This document shows positions 1 to 11,800 of a DNA stretch of 64,000 nucleotides, one piece after another. The translations under genes were made by a program, and so were the position numbers. The notes below the pieces were generated by a model that saw only the letters and a program-made list of their open reading frames with translations, did no database searches and was not told the origin of the DNA. The first letter of the stretch is position 1. Every line of letters starts with the position of its first letter. The stretch lies in the NCBI GenBank assembly GCA_973895155.1, contig OZ316891.1, positions 11,468,771 through 11,532,770 on the forward strand, written 5' to 3'. Source of the DNA: Marsupella aquatica. Its lineage: Eukaryota > Plantae > Marchantiophyta.

Positions 1-749
1 TATTTTCACCTTGGCCTACGATTGTCATTCCTGTCGAATTGGATTCCTCGATTTCAATGTTTTTGGTCGTTGTTTCACAGGAGGCTCCTTTTTCTGCGGT
101 GGAGTGAACTCGTCGTGCTATATCAACCTTGCGACAGTGCATGTTGAAGAAATCTGTTTGTAGAAATGGATGCACAGTGTGGACCTTCTTGTGTTTCTGC
201 TACTTTCCAGCAATACCCTCTGCAGCTACCATTCTAAGTGCCACACAACGATGCCTATGCCTATTTCAACGTTTGTTGTTCTGGATGTTGAGTTCCTGCA
301 CCGACTAAAACGCCATCTCTCGATGTAGTTAGTTTTGCAAAGAGTGCCCAGTTTTCACCTATCCTGAGTTTGATCTGGAGAAGTTAGTCGTATTCTAGAG
401 TGTTAATTTGGTAGATTTTGGATGCTGCTGAGTTCTCAGCTTTGGCCACAGGTCCAGCGCAATTGCAGCACCTGACCGGAGGCTTATCCCTATGGCTGAC
501 ATACTTAAGAAGTCTGGATTCACTCGGAGTAGCCAATTAGTGAAGCCTGAGTCTCCAACATCTATCGACTTCATCTTGATGTATAGGATGTAAACGATTA
601 AGGGTATGTTATCCCCTTTATGAGATATAGGGCAACTGCATTGCAACCCCCCTATGTGGGGAGACATATGGGAGACCATAAGAGGGAGACATATGGGAGA
701 ACAGCAAAAGCTATAATACGAGGTTGCCTCTTTTTATAGTGTGGTATGT

Positions 750-1102
750 CCCTTTTTATAGCATGGTTGTCATTCAAATTTGCATTGTCCAAAAAATGGA
801 AAATATGAAGAATTTAACCAAAGAGAAAGAATAAAACAAAAAGCAAAATTAATATAGTATGAATGGAAATCCAAGCAGAAAGAGATCTGTTAGGACAAAG
901 TAAAATGGGGAGGGCCTGTAGCAATGCACTAGTACCAAGGAGACCCTTCCTTTTTATACCATGGTTGTCATTCAACTTTGCACTGCCCAAAAAATGAAAA
1001 ATATGAAGAATCTAACCAAAGAGAAAGAATAAAACAACAAGCAAAATTAATATAGTGTGAAATGGGGAGGGCCTGTAGCAGTGCACTAGTACCAAGGAGA
1101 CC
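750..1102. repeat. Imperfect tandem duplication of a ~160-200 bp block
   Basis: catggttgtcattcaa...aaaattaatatagt occurs at ~761 and ~960. aaatggggagggcctgtagca..gcactagtaccaaggagacc occurs at ~904 and ~1060. Confidence 0.85.
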
Positions 1103-1569
1103 TCCCTTTACAATAACCTGGATCCCATACTTTTACAAACTAAAAAAAGTGAGAATCAATTTTGACCATTCACAAAAACCTTATTTTTTCCAAACAGTCA
1201 GATCTATCCATGCACCCCTTCTAAAATAAGTTCTTATCCAAACTGCCCTTTAGCCTGCATATACCTAACACAATGAAAAACTTAATTAAATTTCTTTACA
1301 TAAAAATGATTGTAAACAAATGGAAAATTTTGAAATAATTTTGAATATCAATAAAATACAGAAAATGTTTCTTCCTTTAAAAACTAAAAATTTAAAAAAA
1401 CACATGTTTTCCTGTCACTCAATTATGCTTGGACTCTATGGTGCTGTTATCCCAAATCTCCAATTTCTATATGCAACGCACGGGCTAAATAACACGACAA
1501 CAACTATTGTATGGTCGGGATCACACATAACATTCCTCAACAACTACATCACAAAGTTTATTATTTTTT

Positions 1570-2010
1570 GCCTCGCCTTGACATCTTTTCTCACCTTCAC
1601 ATATATTTCTAATCTTTAAATATATATATATATATATATATATTCCTCAACATTTTTCCTTGCTTTGATATAGTTTTCTCATTTCGCCATCTTTTTCCCA
1701 TGTTGACATCTTTACTTCACTGTGACATATTTTCTCACCTCAAGGTCTTTTCTTACCTCAACTTATGTCTTATCTTTTTCTCACCTTGCCATTTGTATAT
1801 CACCATGATCTTTCCCTCACCCTCGACATCTTTCCGTTCCTTGACAACTTTTCCTCATGTTCACATCTTTTTCTCACCTTGCCATATTTTCTTTCCCAAC
1901 ATCTTTTTCTCACCCTTGACTTCTTTTTCTCACCTCAACATCTTTTACTCTCATCGACATCTTTTTTCACCTTGACTCTACATCTTTCTTCACCTCGACA
2001 TCTTTTCTCA
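1570..2010. repeat. Degenerate ~20-bp pyrimidine-rich minisatellite (ttttctcacct(t/c)gacatc-like) plus (TA)n microsatellite at ~1620-1642
   Basis: Many recurring ttctcacct units are visible. The overlapping ORFs are low-complexity F/S/H/L artefacts. Confidence 0.8.
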
Positions 2011-3446
2011 TATCAAAATCGTTGTGCAACGCACCACCATCGGGCTAGTATACCATAAAGGGGACCATATGTGGGGAGACATATGGGAGACCATAGAGAC
2101 ATATGGGAGACCATAAGGGGGAGTGTAACTATGAAGGGGACTCTATGCCTTTGGTCTTACTTTCAGGTTGTGTGTTTGTTGTTATTGGACCACATTGACC
2201 CTATTGATAATTCTCTTATGTGAACTACTTGGCACCGAGTCAGTATAAGTTACAAGGAGAAATTAAAAACTACATGTGGACTGAAGCAACTGGGCAAGTA
2301 CCATAAAACTGAGTGAACGCTGGACCTTAAAGGTTACACCAATGTGGAGGAGTCTCTAGACTCCCACCTGCCTTTTACTATCTTTTGTTGGCTAGCACCA
2401 CCATCGTGGAACCCCAGGCTTTTGGTATCTATTCTTTTCAAATTTATACATTCTTTTGTTAGGTAGCTCCATACTCGTGGACCCCAGGCTTCTGGGATCT
2501 ATTCATTTCACTTCAAGGTGGGAGGGACCAATGAGAACCTCTCCTTTGATTAAAGCAGTCATTAAATATTAGTTTGACTATGTAAGGGGTTGATGGCTCT
2601 ATTATCCTTTGGTGATTGGGTGCCGATAGATCCTGGTTGTCATCTCCTTCACTAACTTGTCCATGGATGATTAGGAGTAATAACATGCAAAATCTCCAAA
2701 GCTAGACTGGTTCCAACCTCCCCTGTCATTAGTACCCAGATATTTCCAAATATTTTGCAGACAGCCAGAACATTTTAATTGAAAAATGAAAGGCCCACAG
2801 CACAAACTCGGAGACCAAAGTTGAGTTCATTCCAACCATTGGATGCAAGAACTTTGGGCAATTTCTCCATAGATTGTGGTGGGGGGACGTTTCTCCAAAC
2901 ATGGCCAAACATGGAAGTAATCTGGGCTGTTGAGATAAAATCCAGTTCCAGACTCAAATACTTCTTTTGGACTGTGACACTGGCCACTGACCTACTGCAG
3001 ATGAAAATGGTCACCTTGCCAATCTTTCATACATCACATGTAATTTTTGCATGCAGCTATTGAATTATTGAGACTGCTGTCACACTACGTTAGTCGTCAA
3101 GCTATCAACAATTGGTGACAATTGCCATCCTAACAGAGTCGCAAGGGCTAACAGGTATCTTAAGGTATGGAAACCTTAAGTAGCACAATTGGCTTGGGGG
3201 AAAATCCTTAGATTTCAAAAAATTAAAAGCCCTATGCGCATGCACTACACAAATAGCAAGGGTGGGGCACAGAAAGCAAGGGAGAGGCAGGGGGCACGGG
3301 GTCACGGGGAGATAATTTAGGTGACCAGAAAATAGCCAGCCAGGGTTTCTTCCCACCGAATTGCCGTCTGGAATACAGGTGTGTAACCATTTTTGGAATT
3401 ACTTGCTATTTCCATAATCTTTTGCCCAGAAACTCATGGTCAGTCA

Positions 3447-3648
3447 CCTTTTTCTGGACAACAATCACATAATTATAAAGGAGGTCAATCACATAATATA
3501 AAGGAGGTCTGGGTAGGGGTTCTAGCCTGAACCTTGCTCCCATAGTGCTCAAAAAAGCCTTTCTCCAGACAACAATTACATAATATAAAGGAGGTCTGGG
3601 TAGGGAGGGGTTCTAGCCTGAACCTTGCTCCCATAGTGCTCAAAGAAG
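3447..3648. repeat. Tandem duplication (~110 bp)
   Basis: acataatataaaggaggtctgggtaggg...ttctagcctgaaccttgctcccatagtgctcaaa occurs twice. Confidence 0.85.
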
Positions 3649-3749
3649 CTTCCAGGCTGCCGCCAATCTACTTTTACTCACATTCTGGTCAGAGGGGCTA
3701 CAAGCTAGTACGAGCAGTCTTGTGTACTTAAAACTGATGGTGAGCCTCT

Positions 3750-5630
3750 TCTAATGGGTGGGATTGGGAAATTAGAGTGTTTGATTAGGAGGTTGATAAA
3801 CCTGTAGTGTTTGCTGTTATGCACTTTGGTGGGTCACTACAACTTGCTGACTCCAATCATGGAAGGAAGGATGGAATTCATGGAGGAGGATGCGCGGTGT
3901 GCCTTCCTCCTCCACTGCACCGTACACCAGAGGAGCACTTTTTCTTGTGAGATGGATTTCGAAACACGCGTGATTGAGAGATGGTCTGTCTAGGGGATTC
4001 CTCGGATTGGTGTCGTGGATCATCATCAATGTGGCAGCCACCCCAATCTCTGCTGCGATCCGTTCCCCGTGAGGTGGATGTGACGACGTCCACCAGCTCG
4101 ACTGATTGGTGGGTGAGGGGGAACCCCAGATTTCTTCTCCAGCGCTGACCAGAGTTTTCCCATGTCTGTCCGTCCTGCTCTGAAGGAGCGCTGATTGACA
4201 GTTCCTAGAGCTCTCTCTCTCCCTCTTAGAGTACATGAAAGCTGAATCAGCTTCCACTGCTGCTCTAGAGCTCTGATGGTTTTACATCTGCAAGTGAGGG
4301 TGACAGAGAGACCGACAGACAGTCAAAGATCTGGATGGTACTGTATCTCAATGGATTCTTAATCTCACGTCCTTTGAGTGCTTCCTGTGCATCCTCAATG
4401 TCAAAGACAGACTCGCTTTACAGACTTTTCAGCTCTTCTTCAGCAAGGAAGCTGTGTTGACTTTGGTGGACCAGATTTTTCCTCAATTTCTCCTCATTCG
4501 AGTGTTTCCTGTCCAATTCTTCCATTGTAGAGAAGGAACTCGATTGAGCTGCTACTTTTCAGGTCCCAACTTTGGAGATCATGCTTTTGAGCTCATCCGA
4601 GTCTGAATACACTTTGAGCTCATGTTTTTGAGTCCATAGTTTTTGCTATACTCGGAACGAAGGAGAGGGACAGGGCATTGGTGCAAGACGGGGGTGGGGA
4701 AGATTTCCGATTAGTTCGTTTGAGAAACGGACTCAATGCAATGCTTCTGGACGGTGGGCTCCAAGGTTGGCTCTCCTTGATTTGGAGTCCTTTCCATGCG
4801 GGGGTTGGAGAAGTGAAGGGATGAGACCTTTGTTTAACGGCCGAGGGGTTGCAATTTGATTGAGTGACTGCAACTGGTCCATTGCCTGTTTTGTGATGTT
4901 GGGAGAATCACTTTTACTAGTCCTTCAGAGCACTGGGTCATGCTCTTTATGATCTGATAGACTTCCTTCTCGCGTCTTGCATTCACAAGACCTGAGAGCA
5001 ATTTAGAGTTAGAAGCCGTAGCTCCTTTGAAGGCTGGAATCAGGGCTCGTCCTCATCGTGAAGTCCAATAAGCGCAACATTGATCTACCTTGACCCTAGC
5101 ATACGAGTGGTACTTCAATGATCTTCGTCAACGGAAGACGCCAATCTTTGGATGTTGGTCTCTCTCCTTACTAAGCTCGCTCGTATCTGAATTTTAAGAG
5201 AATGACACTGAAATGATTGCATTGCACAGCGGAGAGCTGATGAGGTCGTTCAATTTGTGAGTGGGAGATTGGAAGAGTGATATACATAACAGTCCTTTTG
5301 GATTGTCGCTGCAGCAACTTTTTCTCCTGTTATGTCGTGGTTTCGGACCTCGGTCGACAGGGTTCATCCGGAAGTTCCGCATCTTCCCTTTTCGCTTTTG
5401 GAGCGCCATGTCAAATTGTATGGGTGTCAATTCATCCTCGTTGTCATCAATTTCCGATTCTGACCATCGTTTTCCACCAGCACTTGCAGTTGGGAGAATA
5501 ATCTCATCGATAGTTTTTCGTAATGGCTGCCAGAGGTCTTTCACCTTTGTACTGACTGGCCTCCTCGGGATTCGAGGAGAAAGCCCCTTTAAAACCGATG
5601 TGATGGAGTCATTTCTTCTTCTTTTTTAAT
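3750..5630 (-). mobile_element. Decayed ORF, probably non-LTR retrotransposon ORF1-like remnant
   Basis: Minus-strand protein-like fragments (MKDLWQPLRKTIDEIILP..., MEADSAFMYSKRERESS...) are separated by stops and frameshifts, without clear intron structure. The family assignment is inference. Confidence 0.4.
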
Positions 5631-6178
5631 TTATGTATTCACCTCGCCCAGGACTTCATACGAGTCAGGTGAAAGATGGCATGGAGTGCAGACCTTCATT
5701 CCCATACGGAGTTGGAGTTCCAGATAATTTCGTAAAAAGTACATTAAAACCGTCATTCCCATGTAGGATCTGAGTGTCTAGAGAATGTCATCGAAAGTGA
5801 TCGAGCTTTCTTGGTATCCTTGAACGTAGCTGCCGGGAAGAAATTAGCTAAAATCTATAAGCCCAAAACATGTTCAGTGAACTCTTCGACTCTTGATACT
5901 TCGAGTTTGTGCTCTGAAGAGCACTGTGGTTAGAGTCTGCGGGACAGCGGTGGTACTTGTTGCGTTAGGCGGACTTTAAACGATGTTAAAAGTACTCGTG
6001 TGTTCATTGGCGATGAGAATTCGGAATGGTCTTGGCAGGTTCAATTTACTGCAAGTCTGACCAGAGAATGAATGTTGTTTCAGGAGGAGGAAAGAGGAAG
6101 ATGATGGCTATGACAATTCTGTGACTTACTTCTGGCGACAATTACCTGCTCGCTCCGATCATTTCCTGGGAGCTGAGG

Positions 6179-8806
6179 ATGTCAGATCTGCTAGGTACTA
6201 TGGAAAAGGGAGCAGAACCAGTATCTGGTACCGAACTCACGAATCTATCTGAGGATGCTGTGATTGGTATCATTCTTAAACTCGACCTTCAGAGCATGGT
6301 CATGCTCACGAGAGCTACAAAGATATTTAAGCAGGTGATCGAAGATGACTTGGTGTGGATGGAACTTTGCCAGCCATGGGAGAACTTGGTGAATTTGAAG
6401 TCCTGGCGTGTTCACATGAATTCGGGGAAAGCACTTTATATGCTCCTACACTCTCTGAACAAGTTAGTAGGTCTTTGGAGCCACCGAGGTAACAATCCTT
6501 GTGGCGAGCTACTTTATGTGACTTGGGTATGTCATCGCTTGATATTCTTTCCTTCATTTATTTTTCTCTATAATTGATAATAATGGGCAAGGTTGCTAGA
6601 AGTTCATTAGTCGCGCTCTCTTCTCTGAATTTTGACGCTAGAGTTTTACTCATGTTCAATCGTAGCTCTCAATTTCTGAAGGAATAAAGCAGCTCGCAAC
6701 CGCTTTGAGCTTTACTTGCGTAACTACCGTTGGTCATCGTGGTTCCAAGAATGTTTGATGCATTTATCATTGCCCCTAACATGCAAGATAAAGGTTGAGC
6801 AAGGGATGGAGGATTCGGGCCAAAGATAAAACTACCAGCTAGAGTAATCGCTTTCGAATTCCCAAAATTGTGCTCATGATGCAGGGTTTTCTGTGACTGA
6901 CCTCGAAGTTCACTGACTGCAGGGACTCAGTGGATTAGAAGGCTGGCAAGTTATTCCTGGAATTCGAGGTGCGCGGTTCCTTTCTATTGCAACGGCTTGT
7001 GTTTGTCTTTCTCTTACTTTCCCTGTTCTTGCTAAGTTATTGCTCCATTGAGCTCTGAGATTGGAACTGAAAGTACAGTTTTAAAGCCGTTGTCATGAAC
7101 CCTAGAACCATGTTTATGATCACTCTTAACTCAGACATCAAACTTTGCCCTCCATGATGTTGTGATGCTGATGAAAGAGATGTGCACTGCAACTGCCAGC
7201 CTTTATCCGTAAGAATTGGGCAAGTGCTCACCTGACATCTCGCAATTTGCAGATGCTGACGAGGAGGTCAGATTCGTAAAAGCTTTTGATGTGAGTGGGA
7301 AGCCAGATGGCTCATACAAGGTGGACTTAGTTGACGGAGTCTTCACAATCGAGGAATTACGTACTAATGCTGAGTTGTCAACACATTTAGTCCTCCCATC
7401 GTTGGAATCGCCAAATCAATTTGTGCTGGAGCGACACCACCGCTCAGGCGCTGAGCCGGCAAAGAATGGCAGTAAGGTGGAGTCCATTGCCTCCCCCGTA
7501 GAAGCCTTTCAGGTTGCACTTGCCATAGCTGATGGTGACCCTTGTAGAATTATTCACTGTGTTATTTGACCATCATGGTAGTCGATGTTATAGTGTTTCA
7601 AATGCTTGTATCACAGATTGTCAATGTTGTACTTAGTATGAGTCTTAAAGTCAACTAACTGATAAGTTTTGTATGCTTTATGCAGATTCGGCTGGGGATT
7701 GCACATAGATTTTTCTCTAGATCAGGTAAAGCTTCGCTGTTCTGGGGAGGTTGAAAAACTGGTTGAATTTTCAGGTTAGCTTTGGCTGGTTACGTGTTTG
7801 TGAGCCGGAGTGTGGAATGGTATCTTGTGTTTTATGATAAACATTTTGTCGAAGTGGGATGCAAATGCAGTTCACCGAGCCCGGAAGCTACGGATGATCT
7901 ACGAATTTTTTCCGTGCTACTTTTGAAAGAGAAAAACAAATCTTGTACAACAACTTTCTGAAGGTATAGGTAACCCATTCCTGATGCCTGGAATGATATG
8001 ATTGGCAATGCAGCTAAAGAAACGCAGGTTTGGCACAAAAAGTACCAGAGACTTTTGATTGGAGAATCTTCACCAGGGCAGGAATTGACGGGCCTCTGGA
8101 CTGGACTTTATGGTACCCATGGTTGGGAGATCTTAACCATTGCCTACACCGATGATCAATTCATTGTGGCCACAAAGGTGATAGGTGATCCAAATGTTCC
8201 CTCAGGGGAAATCACTTTTAAAGGCAATATGGGCCAGGTGAAATTTGGTTTTCCAAATCTTCTGCGCATACCTTCCAGTCGTGACCAATCCCGACGGTTG
8301 ATCAAAAGGTAATTTCCATGATACAATGTCGATCATGCAATCTGCAACGGAACTTCAGTTCTTTCTATGGATCTTTTCAATAATCCTTTAGAAAGTGTGA
8401 GAGCATTGGCTGGTAAAACGTTGGGTAAATCTGGTTATCTTCGAATACTGCATTTCATGCATATTTCTAAATTGGCTTAGATTAAAAAAATTCTTTAAAT
8501 CTTCGCATCAAATATTTTAGTGCATGGACATTTCTAATTGAGCATAGATTAAACTACAGAAGTAAGTCATACTTGTCATTCTCAAGGCCTGGAAGCTGAG
8601 TTCTCTAAAATGAATATTGCAGGTATAGAGGACAAGGTCGAGTTGCCCTGGAGAACTTCTTGAATCCAGAATGGGTTCAAGGGCTCTTGCTGGTAGAACA
8701 GAGTGGGAACTTCTATTTTGTATGGGCAGATATTAACTACATGATTCGTTTTCACCGCCTCGACTTGGATGCATCATTTAGGAAGAGGGCTACAGTGAGC
8801 AGGTGA
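6179..8806 (+). CDS. F-box protein with C-terminal Cyclin-D1-binding (DUF3506)-like domain, At5g39450/FBXO31-like; multi-exon, possibly pseudogenised
   Basis: Exon 6179-6526 has an F-box motif (LTNLSEDAVIGIILKLDLQSMVML..TKIFKQVIEDDLVW) and LVGLW..GELLYVTW|gt. Further exons lie at 6923-6968, 7253-~7512 and ~7871-8308 (LTGLWTGLYGTHGWEIL..VATKVIGDPNVPSGEITF). Exon 8623-8806 reads YRGQGRVALENFLNPEWVQG...FHRLDL...TGA. Confidence 0.8.
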
Positions 8807-10309
8807 TGTCAGCCAGAGTAAAGGCTCAATGGTCGACAGCCAAATGTTGAATGAAGAGCTAGTCTGGCATTGCTTCCTCATAGGCATATGTTGTCACTGC
8901 GGTTTTTCCTTGTGGTCTGCAGAGACCTGAATGTGGAAATTCCTGCATGCCTTCTGGAGTTAGATAGCATTGCGGTTAAATTGAAGGCAACTTAGGTTGA
9001 TGGAACCCCAATTTACATCTCCAAAATCAGAGCACAAAGGCTTTGATTAACTGTACAAACTGGGAAAATACTTCTCTAATGAAGCAACTATCAGACTGGA
9101 GGTTACTAGAAAAGTGAGGATATTTATTTAGCCTTGGGAGACTTGAAATTCTTCACTTTTATTTGTACAGCCTGGTTGCCATAAAGTCAACACTTAGCTT
9201 CTAGAGAAGCACGGTGGCATGTATATAAGTCAATAATATTACTTACAAGAGAAATAACTTCAAGCCTCATCGAAAGTTGCGATTTTTGTGGGAAAACCAC
9301 TTGGCTGTTCAGTTGTCATACGCGTTAGTGTTTGGAGTTCCGTTGATAATCTTGCCAATGCTGTATGCCCATGGAAACGGTCCCACTTTAGGCAAATCTT
9401 ATGTCCTGGCAAAGCTATATTGCAAGAGGACTTCTGAAAGGTGAGAATTGTTACACAAGCCTTCTTGGTAATGATGACTAAATGGACAGGTCATCGAGAG
9501 AAGTCAGGCTGAGTGCTGGAAGGTGGATTGACTCAAGTCAGACATCAGGTTGGAAACCCCATGTGAGCCGTTAATTCATCATGCCTGTTCTGCTGTTCAA
9601 GTGAGGATCAGATTATAACGCAGTGATCTCGAGGATGCAATTTTGCGTGTCCAATAATGATCCAATCATTTTTTTCTGGATGTCATAATGAAATCTGGGT
9701 TTGGAGTCAACATCATGCGGTAAGTTTAGTGAACTTGATTCGTGGAATTTGCAAATTCTTTGTCGACCAAACTTAGCTGTTATTAACCATATAGGTTAGT
9801 AATTCGCAAGAGCAGTTGTTTTGAACTGGTGTTGTCCTCGCCTTCAACAAACAGCCTTCTTCGGTTAGTTTTAGTGTCAATTTATTATATAATTGCAGAT
9901 CTGAAGGTGTGAGTGGAAGTCTCTAGAAACCTACTAAATTTCAAGCGCAATTTGAAATGTCTCACATTTTTTTTCTATTTAATTGAAGTAGCGATGTAAC
10001 CAGATGCTACACGTTGTGGCACTATGTGGAATGGTTTAAATCGCCTCCAGATTACAGCAAATGTGATTTCAAATTGCTACATAATCACGTCTTAGAGCCT
10101 CGAAGAGATGGAAGTACCTTTTTGTGTGAACAACTTTGGTTGAGTTGTAGGCATTAGTGGGACAAGTGTCTTGATTGTGATGATGGTAAGTTTCCTACCT
10201 GCATTAAGGCCCATCAGCCTTTGTGAATGGGGCATCATCCCCAAAGTGAGCACAATCCAATCTTCTAAGTAGATACTTGCACACCCCACCCTAAGACCCC
10301 TGAAGTTTG

Positions 10310-10410
10310 CTTTGATTCAAGGTCAATCAACCGTCTGGATTGGTCTAGATCACTCAGGGGTCCTATCAAGTAAAACTTTTCATATTGGGGTCCCATCAAG
10401 CAAATACCTC
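10310..10410. repeat. Dispersed repeat, second copy at ~18808-18897
   Basis: ttgattcaaggtcaatcaac..cactcaggggtcctatcaagt.aaacttttcatattggggtcccatcaagcaaatacctc is present at both loci. Confidence 0.85.
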
Positions 10411-11279
10411 CCCCATTCATGCAAGGAAGACATGTGAACCTGTTAGGGGAAGACATCTGCTGGCCACAAAATGTGAGGGCAGAATTTGTAAACTTAAAGA
10501 AAAACTTTATTGGGGTAAATACCAAGCTGACAATATAGTTGTGCCCTTAGTAGTTGGTCCAAACTCCTGCCTGGGAACTGACAAGTCTGGGGTTATGCAA
10601 GAATTAATGTTAGTACAAAATTAGTGTTACTAACATTAATTTTGGTAAAACTGATTTTGAGTCCAAGTAACACTAATTTTTGTTGGTTTTCAAAACAGAT
10701 TTTTTTCACTTTAGTTTAAATTTCTTGTAAAAAATGGATAGTATTTAGTCCAAAGTTACACTAATTGTTGTGTATTTTTCAAAATAGTGTTTTTCTTTCT
10801 ATTTTGCCACTTTTAAGACCATAGTAACACTAATTCACAAATAGACCCTGAAAATGGACGCTCTCAAATTAGTGTTAGTCACACTAATTACGGTGAACAG
10901 TGTAGGTTCTTGCTAACAGTTTCAGGAATGCCAAAGTCTGGCCACGAGAGCAATCTGTTTGTGGCACTAGGTTCACACCCTCTGCCCACACCTAGAAGGT
11001 CTGCAATCCTAGTCCACCCCAAAAAAACATGCCCCTTCCACACAGCTATTAAGTTGTTGCAAGCACATCCTGAGCATTACTGTAGGGTTGTTCTAGTTTG
11101 TGCAATGATGTACACAGAAGTAAATATTCTTCCTTTCAAATCATGGTAACTATTTTCAGGAATGTTAGAAGCACTTCAGTTTAGCAATAACTATCAGAAA
11201 TTTCCATTGGGAATTCAAAAATTTCAATATTTGTTTATTTTTGGTGCAAACCTGATGTCCTTGGTAGTGGTGGTTGTAG

Positions 11280-11800
11280 GAGATAGCATCCAAAGATAAC
11301 CATTCACCATTACCAAATTTACCAGATATTAATCGGGTCTCTAGACAAATTCCCTTTGTTTACCTTCACATGCAGTTTTACCCTGAGCTTTACCAGGCTT
11401 TTCAATAGAAGTTAGCATCCAATACAACCATTGAGCATTTCCTTACCAAATTTACCAGACCTTACTAACGCTTCTAGACAAATTCCTCTTTGTGAGCTTC
11501 TTGTCAAGTTTACCCCAGAGCTTCATCAGACTTTTCAGTAGAAGTTAACACCCAAGATAAGCACTGAAAATTTTCTTACCAAATCTGCCAGACCTTAACA
11601 GACAATTTGCTCTTGGTGGCCTTCCTATGCTACCCTCCTTTTGTGGTAAAACCTGGGGCTTTACCAGGCTTTGCAGTAGAAGTTAGCATGCAAGATAACC
11701 ATTGAACATTTCCTTACCAAACCTGCTTGACCTGAATAGGGGCTCTGGACAAATTCCTCTTGGTGCCGTTCGTATTAGGTGTACTCTGGAGCTTTACCAG
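11280..11800. repeat. Diverged tandem repeat, ~130-bp unit, ~4 copies
   Basis: agaagttagcat.caagataaccattga.catttccttaccaaa..ccagacc...acaaattcctc recurs at ~11283, 11408, 11539 and 11678. Confidence 0.8.

Noticed and set aside
8283-10345. 19/20-nt inverted match between an F-box exon (gaccaatcccgacggttgat) and the repeat at 10326-10345
   Set aside because: The match does not extend, and one such hit in 64 kb is compatible with chance.
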